Virus record (IMG/VR): IMGVR_UViG_3300038315_001014
Span: 1-63,684 of that record
Source: a virus
Taxonomy: Duplodnaviria; Caudoviricetes
Reading direction: 5' to 3' (one strand)
Length of the DNA stretch: 63,684 nucleotides
Part shown: positions 9,925 to 20,458 of the stretch, piece after piece
Position numbering within the stretch: position 1 is the stretch's first letter
How the letters are laid out: each line of letters starts with the position of its first letter
The notes under the pieces: generated by a model
Told to the model about the DNA's origin: nothing
What the model saw: only the letters and a program-made list of their open reading frames with translations
Databases searched by the model: none
Translations under genes and position numbers: made by a program

Positions 9925-10554
9925 CTATTTAACAACCGACTTAGGTTGACCATTACGGTATGTATCGCCACGTAATTTACCATCTCCAAGATTTTTAAGC
10001 AGGAGTAACGCTTGTCCATACATACCTTCATAAAGCTGTACTATATCTGCCTCCTGCTTCATAAAGCGTGCAGCTTCTACAAGGGCACCATTCAACAAAG
10101 CAATTTCAAAATTATCACCTAACCATGTAGTACTTGCTGTGACAATAGACTCTGGATAATAACCATAATGTAATTCTACTGTGTACCCAGAATCAGGAGT
10201 AGGACCAAGAAGAATACTGTTAACATCAAAATCTGCGTAATACTTTGGTAGCCCACTAGCTGCTACTGTTGGATAGGCATCCCGAATAAAATTCACATCC
10301 TTGTTCACTAAATATGTAAATTCACTACTAGCATTAAGCACAGCCAAACTGTATGTATAAAGATAATCAGAAGGAACAGACAAATACTGATTACTTGTAG
10401 TAAGTGTGCCGGTACTATTCTTCCGCAACGCAGGGACCTGTACAGAAGCATAAATACGTTGTTCTGCCTGTTGTGTAAACAGTTTATACATCGCATCAGT
10501 AAACGTGTTCTCACACACATCTGCAATATTAGATTTAAGATCAGTATAGTTCAT
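9925..10554 (-). CDS. Head-tail adaptor (tubular A-like)
   Basis: MNYTDLK, GLPKYYA, LGPTPD and ALLNGALVEA pattern. Confidence 0.65.
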   Translation of the reverse strand: MNYTDLKSNIADVCENTFTDAMYKLFTQQAEQRIYASVQVPALRKNSTGTLTTSNQYLSVPSDYLYTYSLAVLNASSEFTYLVNKDVNFIRDAYPTVAASGLPKYYADFDVNSILLGPTPDSGYTVELHYGYYPESIVTASTTWLGDNFEIALLNGALVEAARFMKQEADIVQLYEGMYGQALLLLKNLGDGKLRGDTYRNGQPKSVVK

Positions 10555-10859
10555 GGTGTGCTCACCGTTACACTACCTACCCATATTCCAACAGATATAG
10601 GAGTGACTGGATATATCTTCTTCCTGCTTGCAGCATACCCCGCAAAATCTGGTCTTGGATCACGTATAGCTTGTGGATCATTAATTGGCAACTCTCCTAA
10701 TTTATTTTGTGGGTGATCTGGACTCCAGCAAGTAGGACAAGCCTTTATATTAGTCTCCCGCCCCTTCACAACTTCAGATCGCAGCTCCCGTAAATAATAC
10801 CTAAACCCGCAAATATCACATTCTGCAAGTGCGTTTCTGCCAGAAGCAAACCTAACCAT
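10551..10859 (-). CDS. Zinc-binding conserved phage protein
   Basis: CDICG, CPTC and DPQAIRDPRPD. Confidence 0.65.
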   Translation of the reverse strand: MVRFASGRNALAECDICGFRYYLRELRSEVVKGRETNIKACPTCWSPDHPQNKLGELPINDPQAIRDPRPDFAGYAASRKKIYPVTPISVGIWVGSVTVSTP

Positions 10860-10861
10860 AA

Positions 10862-11542
10862 TTACACTCTAGCAATTCTAGGTACAAACCGGACAGATAC
10901 TTTATTCCTATCTTCCTCTGCTGCTAACATAAACTGTCTTTCGTACTCAGCCTGCATTATAGGCACGCGATTAGCAAGTCCAGGTACTTTCATAGCAAGG
11001 TAGTACGCTAATCCCGCAACTAACGCAGGGAAAAATCTAAAATTCATGTCCGGTGTTTCTACTCCGTTCCCTGCGTCCTCAATCCTGCGTATCCGCCAAT
11101 AATAAAACGTATAGTCATTGTTATTCGGTACAGGCCAAACGTTTATGGATGGTGTGGTAAGAAGACGCTCAATCCAGAATTGGATTGGCCTGCCCGTAAT
11201 AAGCTTATTAGGTATGGAAGACCATACACTAGCAGAAATACGGTTAATTGTTATATCTGATTGCGTAGTGCCACTACCTGTACGCACAACAGCATCTAGT
11301 ATATCTACAGTATCTGCGGGGAGGGAATATTCAGCGGTATCAGCTACGAGACTAACGCTGCCTTCATCAATAGTCCAAAGATTTATACCACGATTCTGCC
11401 ATTCAATTGTTAACAGATTCATGGAGCGGCGAGCAGTGCGTAAATCATACCCAGAGCGCATTTCGCCCCCGGCACGTTCCCAAGCCTCTTCAGCTATTTC
11501 TGTAAAGTCTAGGGTAAAGGCTGTAGTACCTGAAGTAGCCAT
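10862..11542 (-). CDS. Head-tail connector/adaptor protein
   Basis: ARRSMNLL..EWQNRGINLW, GRP, VWPVP and LVAGLAYYLA. Confidence 0.65.
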   Translation of the reverse strand: MATSGTTAFTLDFTEIAEEAWERAGGEMRSGYDLRTARRSMNLLTIEWQNRGINLWTIDEGSVSLVADTAEYSLPADTVDILDAVVRTGSGTTQSDITINRISASVWSSIPNKLITGRPIQFWIERLLTTPSINVWPVPNNNDYTFYYWRIRRIEDAGNGVETPDMNFRFFPALVAGLAYYLAMKVPGLANRVPIMQAEYERQFMLAAEEDRNKVSVRFVPRIARV

Positions 11543-11555
11543 AATTTACCCCATA

Positions 11556-11954
11556 CTAGCTAGTTCTCACTTTTATAACTAAAGCACCCTCGTCACCAAG
11601 AGCATCAAAGCCAAAAGTAGAGATAAGAACCCGCCCAGTAGCATCGTTGGGGTTACTTCGATCAGCCAAACCCGTATACTTTTTAAAGTCTACGTAGTTC
11701 ACCCCTTCTGCCAGCACCCAAATCAACGTATCTTCAATAAGTAGCTCAAAGTGGATACGCGCGTGGAAGCCCACAAACCCCCACGTAATATCATCAATGG
11801 TAAATCTGGAATTCCCAGACATATCCTCATTAGCAGGATCAATTAATATATGACTATTAATGTCCCCGCTAGAGCCATCACTCTGGAAATAGGCATGATA
11901 AATGAGGTATCTAGGGCCAGAAAGAAGCCTTGTAACTTCTATCCGATTAGCCAT
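11556..11954 (-). CDS. Hypothetical virion protein
   Basis: Clean ORF with GAGG RBS in the structural operon. Confidence 0.6.
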   Translation of the reverse strand: MANRIEVTRLLSGPRYLIYHAYFQSDGSSGDINSHILIDPANEDMSGNSRFTIDDITWGFVGFHARIHFELLIEDTLIWVLAEGVNYVDFKKYTGLADRSNPNDATGRVLISTFGFDALGDEGALVIKVRTS

Positions 11955-11966
11955 GTGTCACCTCAT

Positions 11967-12479
11967 TTATTCGTCTATCTCAGCCCATGTGAAAGAACAC
12001 AAACCAGTACGTGCAGTAGTCAGTGTAGCAATAGCAATATACTGCCCCGGCGTAACCAGCGTATCACCATTAAGATTAGCTTCGTTCATCCCAGATTCAA
12101 CAGAACCTGTTAACTCAACACTACCCATTGTCTTATACCAAACAGGAGTTGTTAGCAACGTTGCAACACTCAATGCCTGACCTCTACCTGGATTGGAATT
12201 AGAACCAGAAAGTTTAGCATTATGTATAACAGCTGCTGTTCCTGTCTGAACAGCGACAAGCATAGTAGGAGACACAACTAGTCCAACTTCAGCAATTGCC
12301 GCAAGCGTTGAATTAGCAAACTGTGCATTTTTCATCACCAGAATCTTATTGCTACCTACCGGGTTTGATATAACAAGCCCAGTATACGTAGCATGGATGA
12401 CTGTTACCTCCCCAGCAGTTGTGTTATGAGCATGATATACATTACCCAGTAAAGCTTGTTCGTAAAACCACTTATCCAT
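11967..12479 (-). CDS. Hypothetical virion protein
   Basis: GGAG RBS; beta-rich. Confidence 0.6.
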   Translation of the reverse strand: MDKWFYEQALLGNVYHAHNTTAGEVTVIHATYTGLVISNPVGSNKILVMKNAQFANSTLAAIAEVGLVVSPTMLVAVQTGTAAVIHNAKLSGSNSNPGRGQALSVATLLTTPVWYKTMGSVELTGSVESGMNEANLNGDTLVTPGQYIAIATLTTARTGLCSFTWAEIDE

Positions 12480-12509
12480 TTTTAATCTCCGTTTATTTAT
12501 AGAGAAACC

Positions 12510-13418
12510 TTATTCAAAAAGTATACGACTAATGCCTGTATAGTGAACATCTAAAGCTTCAGCTGCAGCTGCACCTGCTTCAATACCAATATATGGAATC
12601 AAATCAATATCGTTAGTGAGCGCAGTTGAAAGAACAGGGGCTTCATTTTTCTTAACACGAGTTACAGCTGTTCCACCTGTACTACCTGCTGTACTTGTTA
12701 CGTTATATTGAAGACCATTGACAAAAATAGTAATCTGTCTATTTGAATCAATGATTATTTTTAAGTGGTATGATGTATTAGCTGCAACAGTAATAGGCAA
12801 TGCGCTAATGTAGTCAGTATTTGCTACACTATATACAAAATGCAAAAGAGTAAAATCAGTAAGTGATTCACCATTATCAGCGTCTGTTGCAAACTTAAAA
12901 AATGCTTGATCAGCATCTGTAGCTATTAGCTGGTCATTAGTAAGTTTTAATCCTGCCCATATTTTCTGATTATCAATAGCATTAGTAGAAACTAAACAGT
13001 CCCATTGCACTGAATTTTCAGTACCCCATAAAACACCATACCAAGCAGTGTTTCCATCTGTGTTATCAGTAGTAGTATCAAGATGAGGAGTTATAATAGC
13101 TTGATCTTCATCAGCACCGGCAGTGGTAATAGTAATACCACCACGAGTAGTATCAAATGTACTAAGTGCCGTAGTCATGTTAGTACCAAGCACCTCAAAA
13201 TGCCTGTTAAGACCACGAGCAATTTCTACTGTATATGCCTGATCAATATTAGCATTTATACCAGGTCGGTGAGAAAAATACTCTTCAAGGTAATATCTAC
13301 GTGCGTCTCTACCACCAATAGTGGTGTGACTAATATACTCACCAGTAGTAGAGTTCTTTACTGCGTGCTCAAACCCATTTGCCGATCTAACGGGACCGGA
13401 CCAACTTGATCTGCTCAT
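12510..13418 (-). CDS. Putative capsid fibre / decoration protein
   Basis: SGPVRSANGF N-terminus followed by a beta-sandwich-like region; directly after the MCP. Confidence 0.55.
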   Translation of the reverse strand: MSRSSWSGPVRSANGFEHAVKNSTTGEYISHTTIGGRDARRYYLEEYFSHRPGINANIDQAYTVEIARGLNRHFEVLGTNMTTALSTFDTTRGGITITTAGADEDQAIITPHLDTTTDNTDGNTAWYGVLWGTENSVQWDCLVSTNAIDNQKIWAGLKLTNDQLIATDADQAFFKFATDADNGESLTDFTLLHFVYSVANTDYISALPITVAANTSYHLKIIIDSNRQITIFVNGLQYNVTSTAGSTGGTAVTRVKKNEAPVLSTALTNDIDLIPYIGIEAGAAAAEALDVHYTGISRILFE

Positions 13419-13472
13419 GTCTATCTCCTGTCGTGAGCGGCGTCCGCTACATTATGTAGCAGGCAGGAAAGA

Positions 13473-13492
13473 GGGGGCATATTTCAGCCCCC
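13473..13492 (-). terminator. Hairpin after the major capsid gene
   Basis: GGGG/CCCC stem followed by a pyrimidine tract on the minus strand. Confidence 0.45.
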
Positions 13493-13500
13493 AATTAATT

Positions 13501-14412
13501 TTATGCGCCCCCTGCTGATCCCCAGATCCCAAGAGGATCTGATACACCAAAGGAATATCGTTCCCGCGCTTTATACCGACTGTTGCCAGTATCGAAATCA
13601 GTGTCCATCGCTGTGGACATCTTAACCCGTTTAAAGTGCTTCAGGCCGTTTGGTACATCCGTAAGGATAAACCAAGCATCAGTATCAGTAAGGAAGTGAT
13701 TAATGCAATATCCGCCCGGAATAGACCCATTTGCGTTCAAAGCATTGATGTCATTATCCGCAGTTTCTACTCGTCCCGGTGATTCCAGAAGTCGTGTTAC
13801 CACAAACTCTAGAGCAGCAGGTACAACAAGCTTCCGCGCTCTTGCAGCAATCAACAACCCACGTTCATCAACCCATCCCGCCATCTGAATAATTGCTGCT
13901 TCCAGAGAAGTTTCGTTAAGATCAGCTGCTGTAGCAGGTGTGTTAGCATTGGAATCACCACTTACCATTGTGTGGTCAGTAGCACACAAGGTAGATCCAT
14001 CACCGTAGGTCGTACCAGTAGCAAACGCAGTATTAAGGATAGCTGCACCCTTAACCTGTTTAGTGTATGCCATAGCACGAGCCAACGCCTTGGTATAACG
14101 TGCAGACAACGAATCATACAGGTTATCCTCAATAGCTTCCTCAGTGATAGAGAAACCCATTGCGATGGTTTCGTGGTTGTACCGAGCTGTGTAGACTTCC
14201 TTACCTTCTTGGTAAGTAATCCCTGCTCCCTCATTCTTAACCGGAGCAGCTGAGAAACCAGAAAGTTTGGTTTCTTCTTCAAATGAACGGTCAGAAGATT
14301 CTGTTTCAAAAATCTCCCTATGTTCCTCCTTATACCGCGCATATTCTAAACCATACAAAGCGTTCAGGCCGGGAAGGAGTTCTGTAAGTAATTGTGCTCT
14401 TGAAATAGCCAT
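13501..14412 (-). CDS. Major capsid protein
   Basis: MAISRAQLL.ELLPGLNA, SDRSFEEE, KLVVPAALE, HFLTDTDAWF and YKARERYSFG; follows portal and scaffold. Confidence 0.9.
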   Translation of the reverse strand: MAISRAQLLTELLPGLNALYGLEYARYKEEHREIFETESSDRSFEEETKLSGFSAAPVKNEGAGITYQEGKEVYTARYNHETIAMGFSITEEAIEDNLYDSLSARYTKALARAMAYTKQVKGAAILNTAFATGTTYGDGSTLCATDHTMVSGDSNANTPATAADLNETSLEAAIIQMAGWVDERGLLIAARARKLVVPAALEFVVTRLLESPGRVETADNDINALNANGSIPGGYCINHFLTDTDAWFILTDVPNGLKHFKRVKMSTAMDTDFDTGNSRYKARERYSFGVSDPLGIWGSAGGA

Positions 14413-14424
14413 TTACATATCTCC

Positions 14425-15060
14425 TTATACGCCAATTGGGTTACGATAGAAGTGCCCACCCGTAGTCGTATTCGGGGTTCCTTCTACGTTATATGGTTCG
14501 TTCCATTTGCACAAAAACTCAGGATACTCCCCATCAGAATCAACCGTATCAACGATAACATCGACAATACGTACAGGTAGAGACAGTGTAGTACCAGCTG
14601 AACTGCCATCCACCGCAACTCCAGAAGTACCAATTGTGGTATTACCTGTGTTTTGTACAAGTGGAACATTCAGCCCAATTACAGTTCTTCCGTAACTCTC
14701 GATAGTCGTCCCCGAAGATACAGAAGCTACTTGGAACAGAATGTCCGGATCATCAACAATAAACCCAACTGCATCAGTCGCGGCATTACTGGCAGGCCAA
14801 TAGTCCGAATGAACCACTTGCCCCGTAGATGGTTCGGTATAACGGCACCCCATAAAGATGCCGAGTGGTGTTGCTGTAGATGTGCCAATATCTTTTTCAA
14901 TTCCACCAGCAGCTACATGCTTCACCACATCACCCATGATAATGTCAGTGCCATATGTAGTAGCAATTACAAACTCACGGGTTTGTCCTGCAAACGGCTG
15001 TCCACCAATAAGTTGGACAGGTCTTAAACCATAAGGAGCCGCAATAGTAGGATAAGCCAT
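14425..15060 (-). CDS. Capsid stabilising / decoration protein
   Basis: APYGLRPV, GIFMGC.Y and DDPD motifs; immediately before the MCP. Confidence 0.6.
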   Translation of the reverse strand: MAYPTIAAPYGLRPVQLIGGQPFAGQTREFVIATTYGTDIIMGDVVKHVAAGGIEKDIGTSTATPLGIFMGCRYTEPSTGQVVHSDYWPASNAATDAVGFIVDDPDILFQVASVSSGTTIESYGRTVIGLNVPLVQNTGNTTIGTSGVAVDGSSAGTTLSLPVRIVDVIVDTVDSDGEYPEFLCKWNEPYNVEGTPNTTTGGHFYRNPIGV

Positions 15061-15076
15061 GTTTATCTCCTAAAAA

Positions 15077-15526
15077 TTAACCCCCCGTACCAAAAGTTAC
15101 TTCGGAGTCACCCTCTTTAAACAAGGGCATTCGGGGGTCGTTTTCTCTCATAAGACTATTGTCCACTGCCCGAACTTGACCCTCTGCTTGCTTCTCATAA
15201 TAAGCATTTCGCTGCTCAACCATTTCAATAGGTGTTTTACACAGCAACAGCCCCCCAATAAGGATATTATCCTTAAAGCGTTCATTTTCTATATTTACAA
15301 GGAAAATTTCGGGGTGGTCTACAGCTCGGCAGGGTTCCCAGCCTTCTCGTAATCGTGCAGATACATTAGTGGCGTCAACTTCTCCGCGTATAGCAACTCT
15401 GATCCACCGCATCGCATACCCTTCTTCAGAGCGTGGCTCAGGCAAAGTTGTAGGAGGCTTCCACGCCTGTGGGCGCTCCTCAGTTTCTCGTGTTTCAAGT
15501 GTACGATCTAGTCTATTTTCGGCCAT
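15077..15526 (-). CDS. Conserved head-module protein (probable start MAENRL at 15526)
   Basis: RWIR, REGWEP and GGLLLCK motifs; GGAG RBS. Confidence 0.65.
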   Translation of the reverse strand: MAENRLDRTLETRETEERPQAWKPPTTLPEPRSEEGYAMRWIRVAIRGEVDATNVSARLREGWEPCRAVDHPEIFLVNIENERFKDNILIGGLLLCKTPIEMVEQRNAYYEKQAEGQVRAVDNSLMRENDPRMPLFKEGDSEVTFGTGG

Positions 15527-16517
15527 CTGTATTCTCCGATTGCTCTGCAACCTTTTGGGCGTATAAATCAAGAGGTACACCAAGCCGTTCAGCGATGTTC
15601 ACTTGTGTCTGGGTAAGCCTCACTTTTTTAGGGGCTACGCTTCTTTTAGCAGAAGCAACGACATTCGAACTTCGCTTCGGTGATGTACTAGTCTCTCCTC
15701 CATCGTTTCCATCAAAACTATCTGGAAACGCGCTACGCATACGAGAATCAATGGCTTCGTAGTACTCGTCACTATTAGGATCAAAACCCTCAGTTGTAAC
15801 GAGCTGTTCATGCAGTCCTAACGCATAACCTGTCTTAGGCCCATCAGTACCAAACCATTTATTAGATTCGTACCATTGTTTGGACTTTTCGTTCGGTTCT
15901 GGTGCGTTTGGAACGGAACTCTGCTCTCCTTTTACCTCAGTTTCCTCTTTTTGTAAAGCAGGAAGTTTGAAATTATCTATTCGATCAGCTCTTATTTTCG
16001 CTGCAGTCAGTTGTTCCTGCGCGGCAATAACTGCATCTGACTCTCCACTTTCATAAGCCTCTTTATACTTTACTTTAGCCCGTTCAATATCGGAACTAAC
16101 AGCTCTCTTAGCCTGCTCCAACAAAGCAGTCTGACTTTTACCAACAGAACCCTTAAGCTTAGTATTCTCCTCGACAAGCTGCAAAGCGTAACGTTCCATC
16201 TCCTGACGTTCACGTTGGGCCTTTTCTTTCTCCCTCCGTTCATCATTGTACCCTTTAGTAAAGCGACGTATCCTTTTCTGAACAGACTCTGAGTATGATG
16301 CCAATTCTTCATCTGTTACTTCACCAGGAGGGGGAGAAGCTGTTCTACCACGATCCTCTTCTGGAGTATCGTCAACAACCTCAATCTCGATAGCGTCACT
16401 AGCGTCCTTTTCTGACTCCAGTACTTTAGCGCTAGAGGGTTCTACTTCAATTGCAGTATCTTTATCCGTTTCATCAGGAAAAGTATATTCTGTATGCCCT
16501 ATTTGCTGTGTTACCAT
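15513..16517 (-). CDS. Scaffolding protein
   Basis: Acidic N-terminus, coiled coil, KWFG, and C-terminal VRLTQTQVNIAERLGVPL. Confidence 0.7.
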   Translation of the reverse strand: MVTQQIGHTEYTFPDETDKDTAIEVEPSSAKVLESEKDASDAIEIEVVDDTPEEDRGRTASPPPGEVTDEELASYSESVQKRIRRFTKGYNDERREKEKAQRERQEMERYALQLVEENTKLKGSVGKSQTALLEQAKRAVSSDIERAKVKYKEAYESGESDAVIAAQEQLTAAKIRADRIDNFKLPALQKEETEVKGEQSSVPNAPEPNEKSKQWYESNKWFGTDGPKTGYALGLHEQLVTTEGFDPNSDEYYEAIDSRMRSAFPDSFDGNDGGETSTSPKRSSNVVASAKRSVAPKKVRLTQTQVNIAERLGVPLDLYAQKVAEQSENTDGRK

Positions 16518-16527
16518 AATTACACTC

Positions 16528-16914
16528 CTATGCTCTCGTTATCCCACGAGGATCTGGTACAACTGCTTCAATTGAATCATCGTTCATTAAACGATATTCA
16601 ACATCCTCTATCTTAAATCTTGTGCCTGAATTAGCACGGAATAATACATAGTCCCCTTCCTTACACCAAGGGCCAGTAGGAAATCGTTCCTTATCCAGAT
16701 ACGCAGTGCTACCTATATCCATTACAAGTCCAACGATAGACATAATAGTTTCGTTGTGCTTCTCTACAGGCGTCTTCTGAATATCTGTACCCTCATACGT
16801 TTCACTCACTTGTGGTAGTGCAACAAGTAAATGATACCCCACAGGTTTGGGCCTTTGCTGTTCAAACTCCCCATCTGATAAAGGAGCAATTTGTTCACGC
16901 ATCGTCGTCTCCAT
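16528..16914 (-). CDS. groES: GroES/Cpn10-like co-chaperonin
   Basis: KPVGYHLLV, GPWCKEGDYVLF and YRLMNDDSIEAVV match the Cpn10 pattern. Confidence 0.8.
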   Translation of the reverse strand: METTMREQIAPLSDGEFEQQRPKPVGYHLLVALPQVSETYEGTDIQKTPVEKHNETIMSIVGLVMDIGSTAYLDKERFPTGPWCKEGDYVLFRANSGTRFKIEDVEYRLMNDDSIEAVVPDPRGITRA

Positions 16915-17095
16915 CTACATAACTTTGAGCTAGCTCTTGCACAAGACGCAGCGCCTCGTTCATACCCTGAATATATCCAACAGCCTCAGTGTACGCTGGG
17001 TAATTTTTTGCTCCCCCCTCGGATAAAAAAATAGTTCGTGCAACCGCCGCCTCTTTTATACTGTCAGAAAGCACGTCAAATACTGTTCGTGCCAT
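16895..17095 (-). CDS. Small head-module protein
   Basis: Coupled to the portal stop; YTEAVGYIQG. Confidence 0.6.
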   Translation of the reverse strand: MARTVFDVLSDSIKEAAVARTIFLSEGGAKNYPAYTEAVGYIQGMNEALRLVQELAQSYVDGDDDA

Positions 17096-19575
17096 TATCC
17101 CTCCTTACTGAGGTTATTTTCTTTACTCTGCATCAGCTTTGCTATTTCAACTTCAAGTGTGTTATCAGCATTTACTTTCGCTGCAACGTCTTTACGTACA
17201 TCACTCTCCTGATTACCCAGTACTTCTATTTCTTCCAAACGGAGTTTTTCTGCTGCAACTAGCGAGTCTACTTTATCCTTCGCTTCTTTGCGTTTCTGTT
17301 CCGCAACCTTTATCTCGGCGTCTGAAGCGTCTTTCATTTGTTTCCGTTGTTGCTCAGCTTGATCCAGTTGTATCCTAGCTTGCTCTAACTGGAACGCTGG
17401 GTCTTGCGCTTTCTGCTGTGCCTCTTGCTGTGCAGCTTGCTGCATATGCTTCTGCGTTACCTGTTTACCAGCATCAGCCATCATACGTGCAAGATTAACT
17501 TCAATTTCTTCAGGCAGGGGCTTATTAGGTGCTGGTAATGGAACTCCAATTTTCTCTTCCATTTCCTTACGGTAACGAAACCCTAAATGTTCCGCTATGT
17601 GCGCTTGCAAAGCCGCCATTATTTGCTGGGCTTGTGGATTCTGCCCGATTGTCTGTGCAACCATAGGATCTTGCATAAATACACTGTGTGTTGCTATATG
17701 CGCATCAGAATCTTGGTAAATGAACGCTTTGATCGGTTTCCCCACAAGCGCATTCATATTTTCACTCACTGGATCAACAGGCAATGTATCCTCGGATATA
17801 GGCACGAGTTTGTCTGCGTTCTTTACACCAAGAACCTCTATCATCTGACGATGTAACTGAGGTAGGTCGTAAATTTGTGGAGCAGATTGCGACAGTTGGT
17901 GTACCGCTTGGTACTGTACTACCCGCTGTGCCATCGTAGAACTGTTAGGGTCACTAACAGGGATAACATCAACCATAGCATAATCAGAAACTCTAGCAGA
18001 TACTTCCCCCCGTTCAGGAACGTAACCATATTCTTGGGGGGCATACTCAGATATGATTTTCTTAAGTAGCTTAAACTCCTGCTTCATCGTGTAGTGCACA
18101 CGAGCCTGAACAGCAGCCATAGGTTTAAGTGTTCGTTCCAGCAAAGCTAAGGTAGTCCCAACAGGAGCATTGGCAGACATATCAGAGATGTTCATATCAC
18201 TGATAGCCCCAAGCCGCCTACCTTCAGTAGTTATCTCTGTCAACAGTGCGTGTAGTGTTGCGCTTGGCTCTCCATATGGTAGAGGCATCATGTTTTCTTT
18301 TATCGTCCCGCCAGGAACGTCAACATCTCTCCACTCTCCTGGTTCTATAGGAGTGTCATCTGACTTAATACGCAACCCCCGAGTTTTCACGCCCCCAGGA
18401 AGGTTAGATAATGTACCTGCATCAACCAATTGACGAATCAACGATGTCCCCGCCCGCGAGTACCCACCTATAATATGTATCAGCCCCAGTCCGTAAAACC
18501 CAAACCCTGGTATGTACACATAATGCACGAAGTGCTGTCGTTTTAACTGTTTCTCGTCATCTTCCCGCCAATTACGCCTAATTGCTAACACCTCGTTGTT
18601 TCCGCGTTCTATAGTTACAACATAAGGTCTAGCAATAGCATTTTCATCATCTGGATCGTCTTCAATTACAAGATCCGCATGCACTTCATACAATGCGTAA
18701 CGATTATCTTCAGTAAGAACAAACCCACTATCCTTAGCTTTCTGCTCTTCAACATCTGTACGGTATTTTTCTGGCTCTCCAAGATCTACATCCTTATAGA
18801 ACCCACTAGCCTGTAATTTCTTCAGTTCGTTTTTAGTTTTGCGCATAACGTGTGTAGCACGTTCCGCATTTTCAATCTGCGATTCCCCATAAGGAACTAT
18901 TACGTCTTCGGCAGCTACATAAACTGCAGTCTGTCTGCCAATGTTTGGATCGAAGTAAATTTTCTTAAACGCAGACCCAGCTAAACCAAGACTGAATAAC
19001 AATCGTTCATGCTCAGGACGGTACTCAACCATATTCTCGGTGAGTTCATAATTCATATCGCTCTTTACACGATTAGCTGCTTCTTCTTTTTCTTTAGTTT
19101 CATCACCAAGAACTTTAGTTTTCACCGGACCCATTGCAGGAAATGTTTCGCTCATTGTCTCTGCTTGGAATCGTATCGCCGCCTCTGCTAGAACGTTAGA
19201 ATAAACACCACAAGCGCCATCCCAAGGCTCAGTACGTTCGTCATATTTAAATCCAAGTACCTCAAGTCCAGATATATATGCTTCCACCCATTCCCTACGC
19301 GCTACTATATCTGCCTCAACCAACTCTGAAATATCTGCAGCTAACAAATTCAGCTTGTCTTCCGGCATATACTCAGCAAGGTTAGCTTCGAACGGAGCGT
19401 TTGCCAACTCATCATCTGCTCCTTCATCTTCGAAGATTACTTCCACCCCACCATCTTCCAACTCTATAATTTCGTTTTCCCCTTCCTCAGGAAACTCAAA
19501 TTCTAAGACGTTTATTTCAAACTCTTTGTCGTCTTCAATGTCTGGTGTTCGTAATGGTTTCTCTATGTTAGCCAT
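17095..19575 (-). CDS. Portal protein (P22-like with long C-terminal coiled coil)
   Basis: ~826 aa; LAGSAFKKIYFD, GFYGLGLIH and QLVDAGTLSNLPGG; Q-rich tail; downstream of the terminase. Confidence 0.9.
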   Translation of the reverse strand: MANIEKPLRTPDIEDDKEFEINVLEFEFPEEGENEIIELEDGGVEVIFEDEGADDELANAPFEANLAEYMPEDKLNLLAADISELVEADIVARREWVEAYISGLEVLGFKYDERTEPWDGACGVYSNVLAEAAIRFQAETMSETFPAMGPVKTKVLGDETKEKEEAANRVKSDMNYELTENMVEYRPEHERLLFSLGLAGSAFKKIYFDPNIGRQTAVYVAAEDVIVPYGESQIENAERATHVMRKTKNELKKLQASGFYKDVDLGEPEKYRTDVEEQKAKDSGFVLTEDNRYALYEVHADLVIEDDPDDENAIARPYVVTIERGNNEVLAIRRNWREDDEKQLKRQHFVHYVYIPGFGFYGLGLIHIIGGYSRAGTSLIRQLVDAGTLSNLPGGVKTRGLRIKSDDTPIEPGEWRDVDVPGGTIKENMMPLPYGEPSATLHALLTEITTEGRRLGAISDMNISDMSANAPVGTTLALLERTLKPMAAVQARVHYTMKQEFKLLKKIISEYAPQEYGYVPERGEVSARVSDYAMVDVIPVSDPNSSTMAQRVVQYQAVHQLSQSAPQIYDLPQLHRQMIEVLGVKNADKLVPISEDTLPVDPVSENMNALVGKPIKAFIYQDSDAHIATHSVFMQDPMVAQTIGQNPQAQQIMAALQAHIAEHLGFRYRKEMEEKIGVPLPAPNKPLPEEIEVNLARMMADAGKQVTQKHMQQAAQQEAQQKAQDPAFQLEQARIQLDQAEQQRKQMKDASDAEIKVAEQKRKEAKDKVDSLVAAEKLRLEEIEVLGNQESDVRKDVAAKVNADNTLEVEIAKLMQSKENNLSKEG

Positions 19576-19577
19576 TT

Positions 19578-19727
19578 TTAACTCCACGCATCCTCGTCAT
19601 CGCCAGATGCTTCCCATAATCTATATCGCACTAAAGATTCCTCATCCACGATCAAAAACGTAGCATGCTGAATCTCAGAAAACTCTCTCCACTGCGTTTC
19701 GGTAATGTCTGAGGGTAGCTCATACAT
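19578..19727 (-). CDS. Small acidic hypothetical protein (49 aa)
   Basis: Manual translation MYELPSDITE...; TAATG coupling. Confidence 0.5.
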   Translation of the reverse strand: MYELPSDITETQWREFSEIQHATFLIVDEESLVRYRLWEASGDDEDAWS

Positions 19728-20458
19728 TAATATATCCTCACTCTCCCACCACGGGAGTATTCTTTTGGTAGTGTTATGTTTACATCTCTTTTTTTATCCA
19801 GCCCAAATTGACGCATCATTACGTTGCCCGCTGCTCTTGGACTCTTGAGCATAGCGGGTAGATTACTTAGGAATTCTTTCACAGACAGTTTTTCTCCCTC
19901 CCACTCCCAATCATACGTATCTTTTATCTCTACTGTGCCGTCAGGAAGCTTAGTGGCGACATACTGCCCTAAAGTTGTCTGCACTACATATCCCGGTTTT
20001 GAAAAACTATCCCTAATTGTCTCTAACGTACCTCGTTGGGGCACGTAATGATGCTCACCAAGTCGTACATCTTTACCATAATCCCTATAATCAATAGATG
20101 TTCTCCCCCTCGTTTTTTCATAAGAAGCTACTTTCTTTCTCGCTCTCTCTACATTTTCATCATACTCTGCTTCGTACTCGGCAGGATCTTTAATGCGCGT
20201 GGGCCACTCTTTATGCCACCGCGCATTATTTCGCATAGCCTGCGCTTTCCCATCTTGCCAAGCTTTTAATGCCCTTCGCGCCTTCGCCTCATCTATATCG
20301 TTCCAATCACTACGCTCAGATACTTGCCTTCGCATATACCCTAATTCTCTAGGGGTAAAATCTTTCTCGGTTACTGGCGCTCTTTTCCCAACTAAATTTT
20401 CTGCAAAGATCCGCATATTAGTAGGTATAGCTTTATATAAATCAGTAATACCGGCCAT
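19727..20458 (-). CDS. Hypothetical protein between terminase and portal
   Basis: 243-aa ORF coupled on both sides; ends YSRGGRVRIY. Confidence 0.7.
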   Translation of the reverse strand: MAGITDLYKAIPTNMRIFAENLVGKRAPVTEKDFTPRELGYMRRQVSERSDWNDIDEAKARRALKAWQDGKAQAMRNNARWHKEWPTRIKDPAEYEAEYDENVERARKKVASYEKTRGRTSIDYRDYGKDVRLGEHHYVPQRGTLETIRDSFSKPGYVVQTTLGQYVATKLPDGTVEIKDTYDWEWEGEKLSVKEFLSNLPAMLKSPRAAGNVMMRQFGLDKKRDVNITLPKEYSRGGRVRIY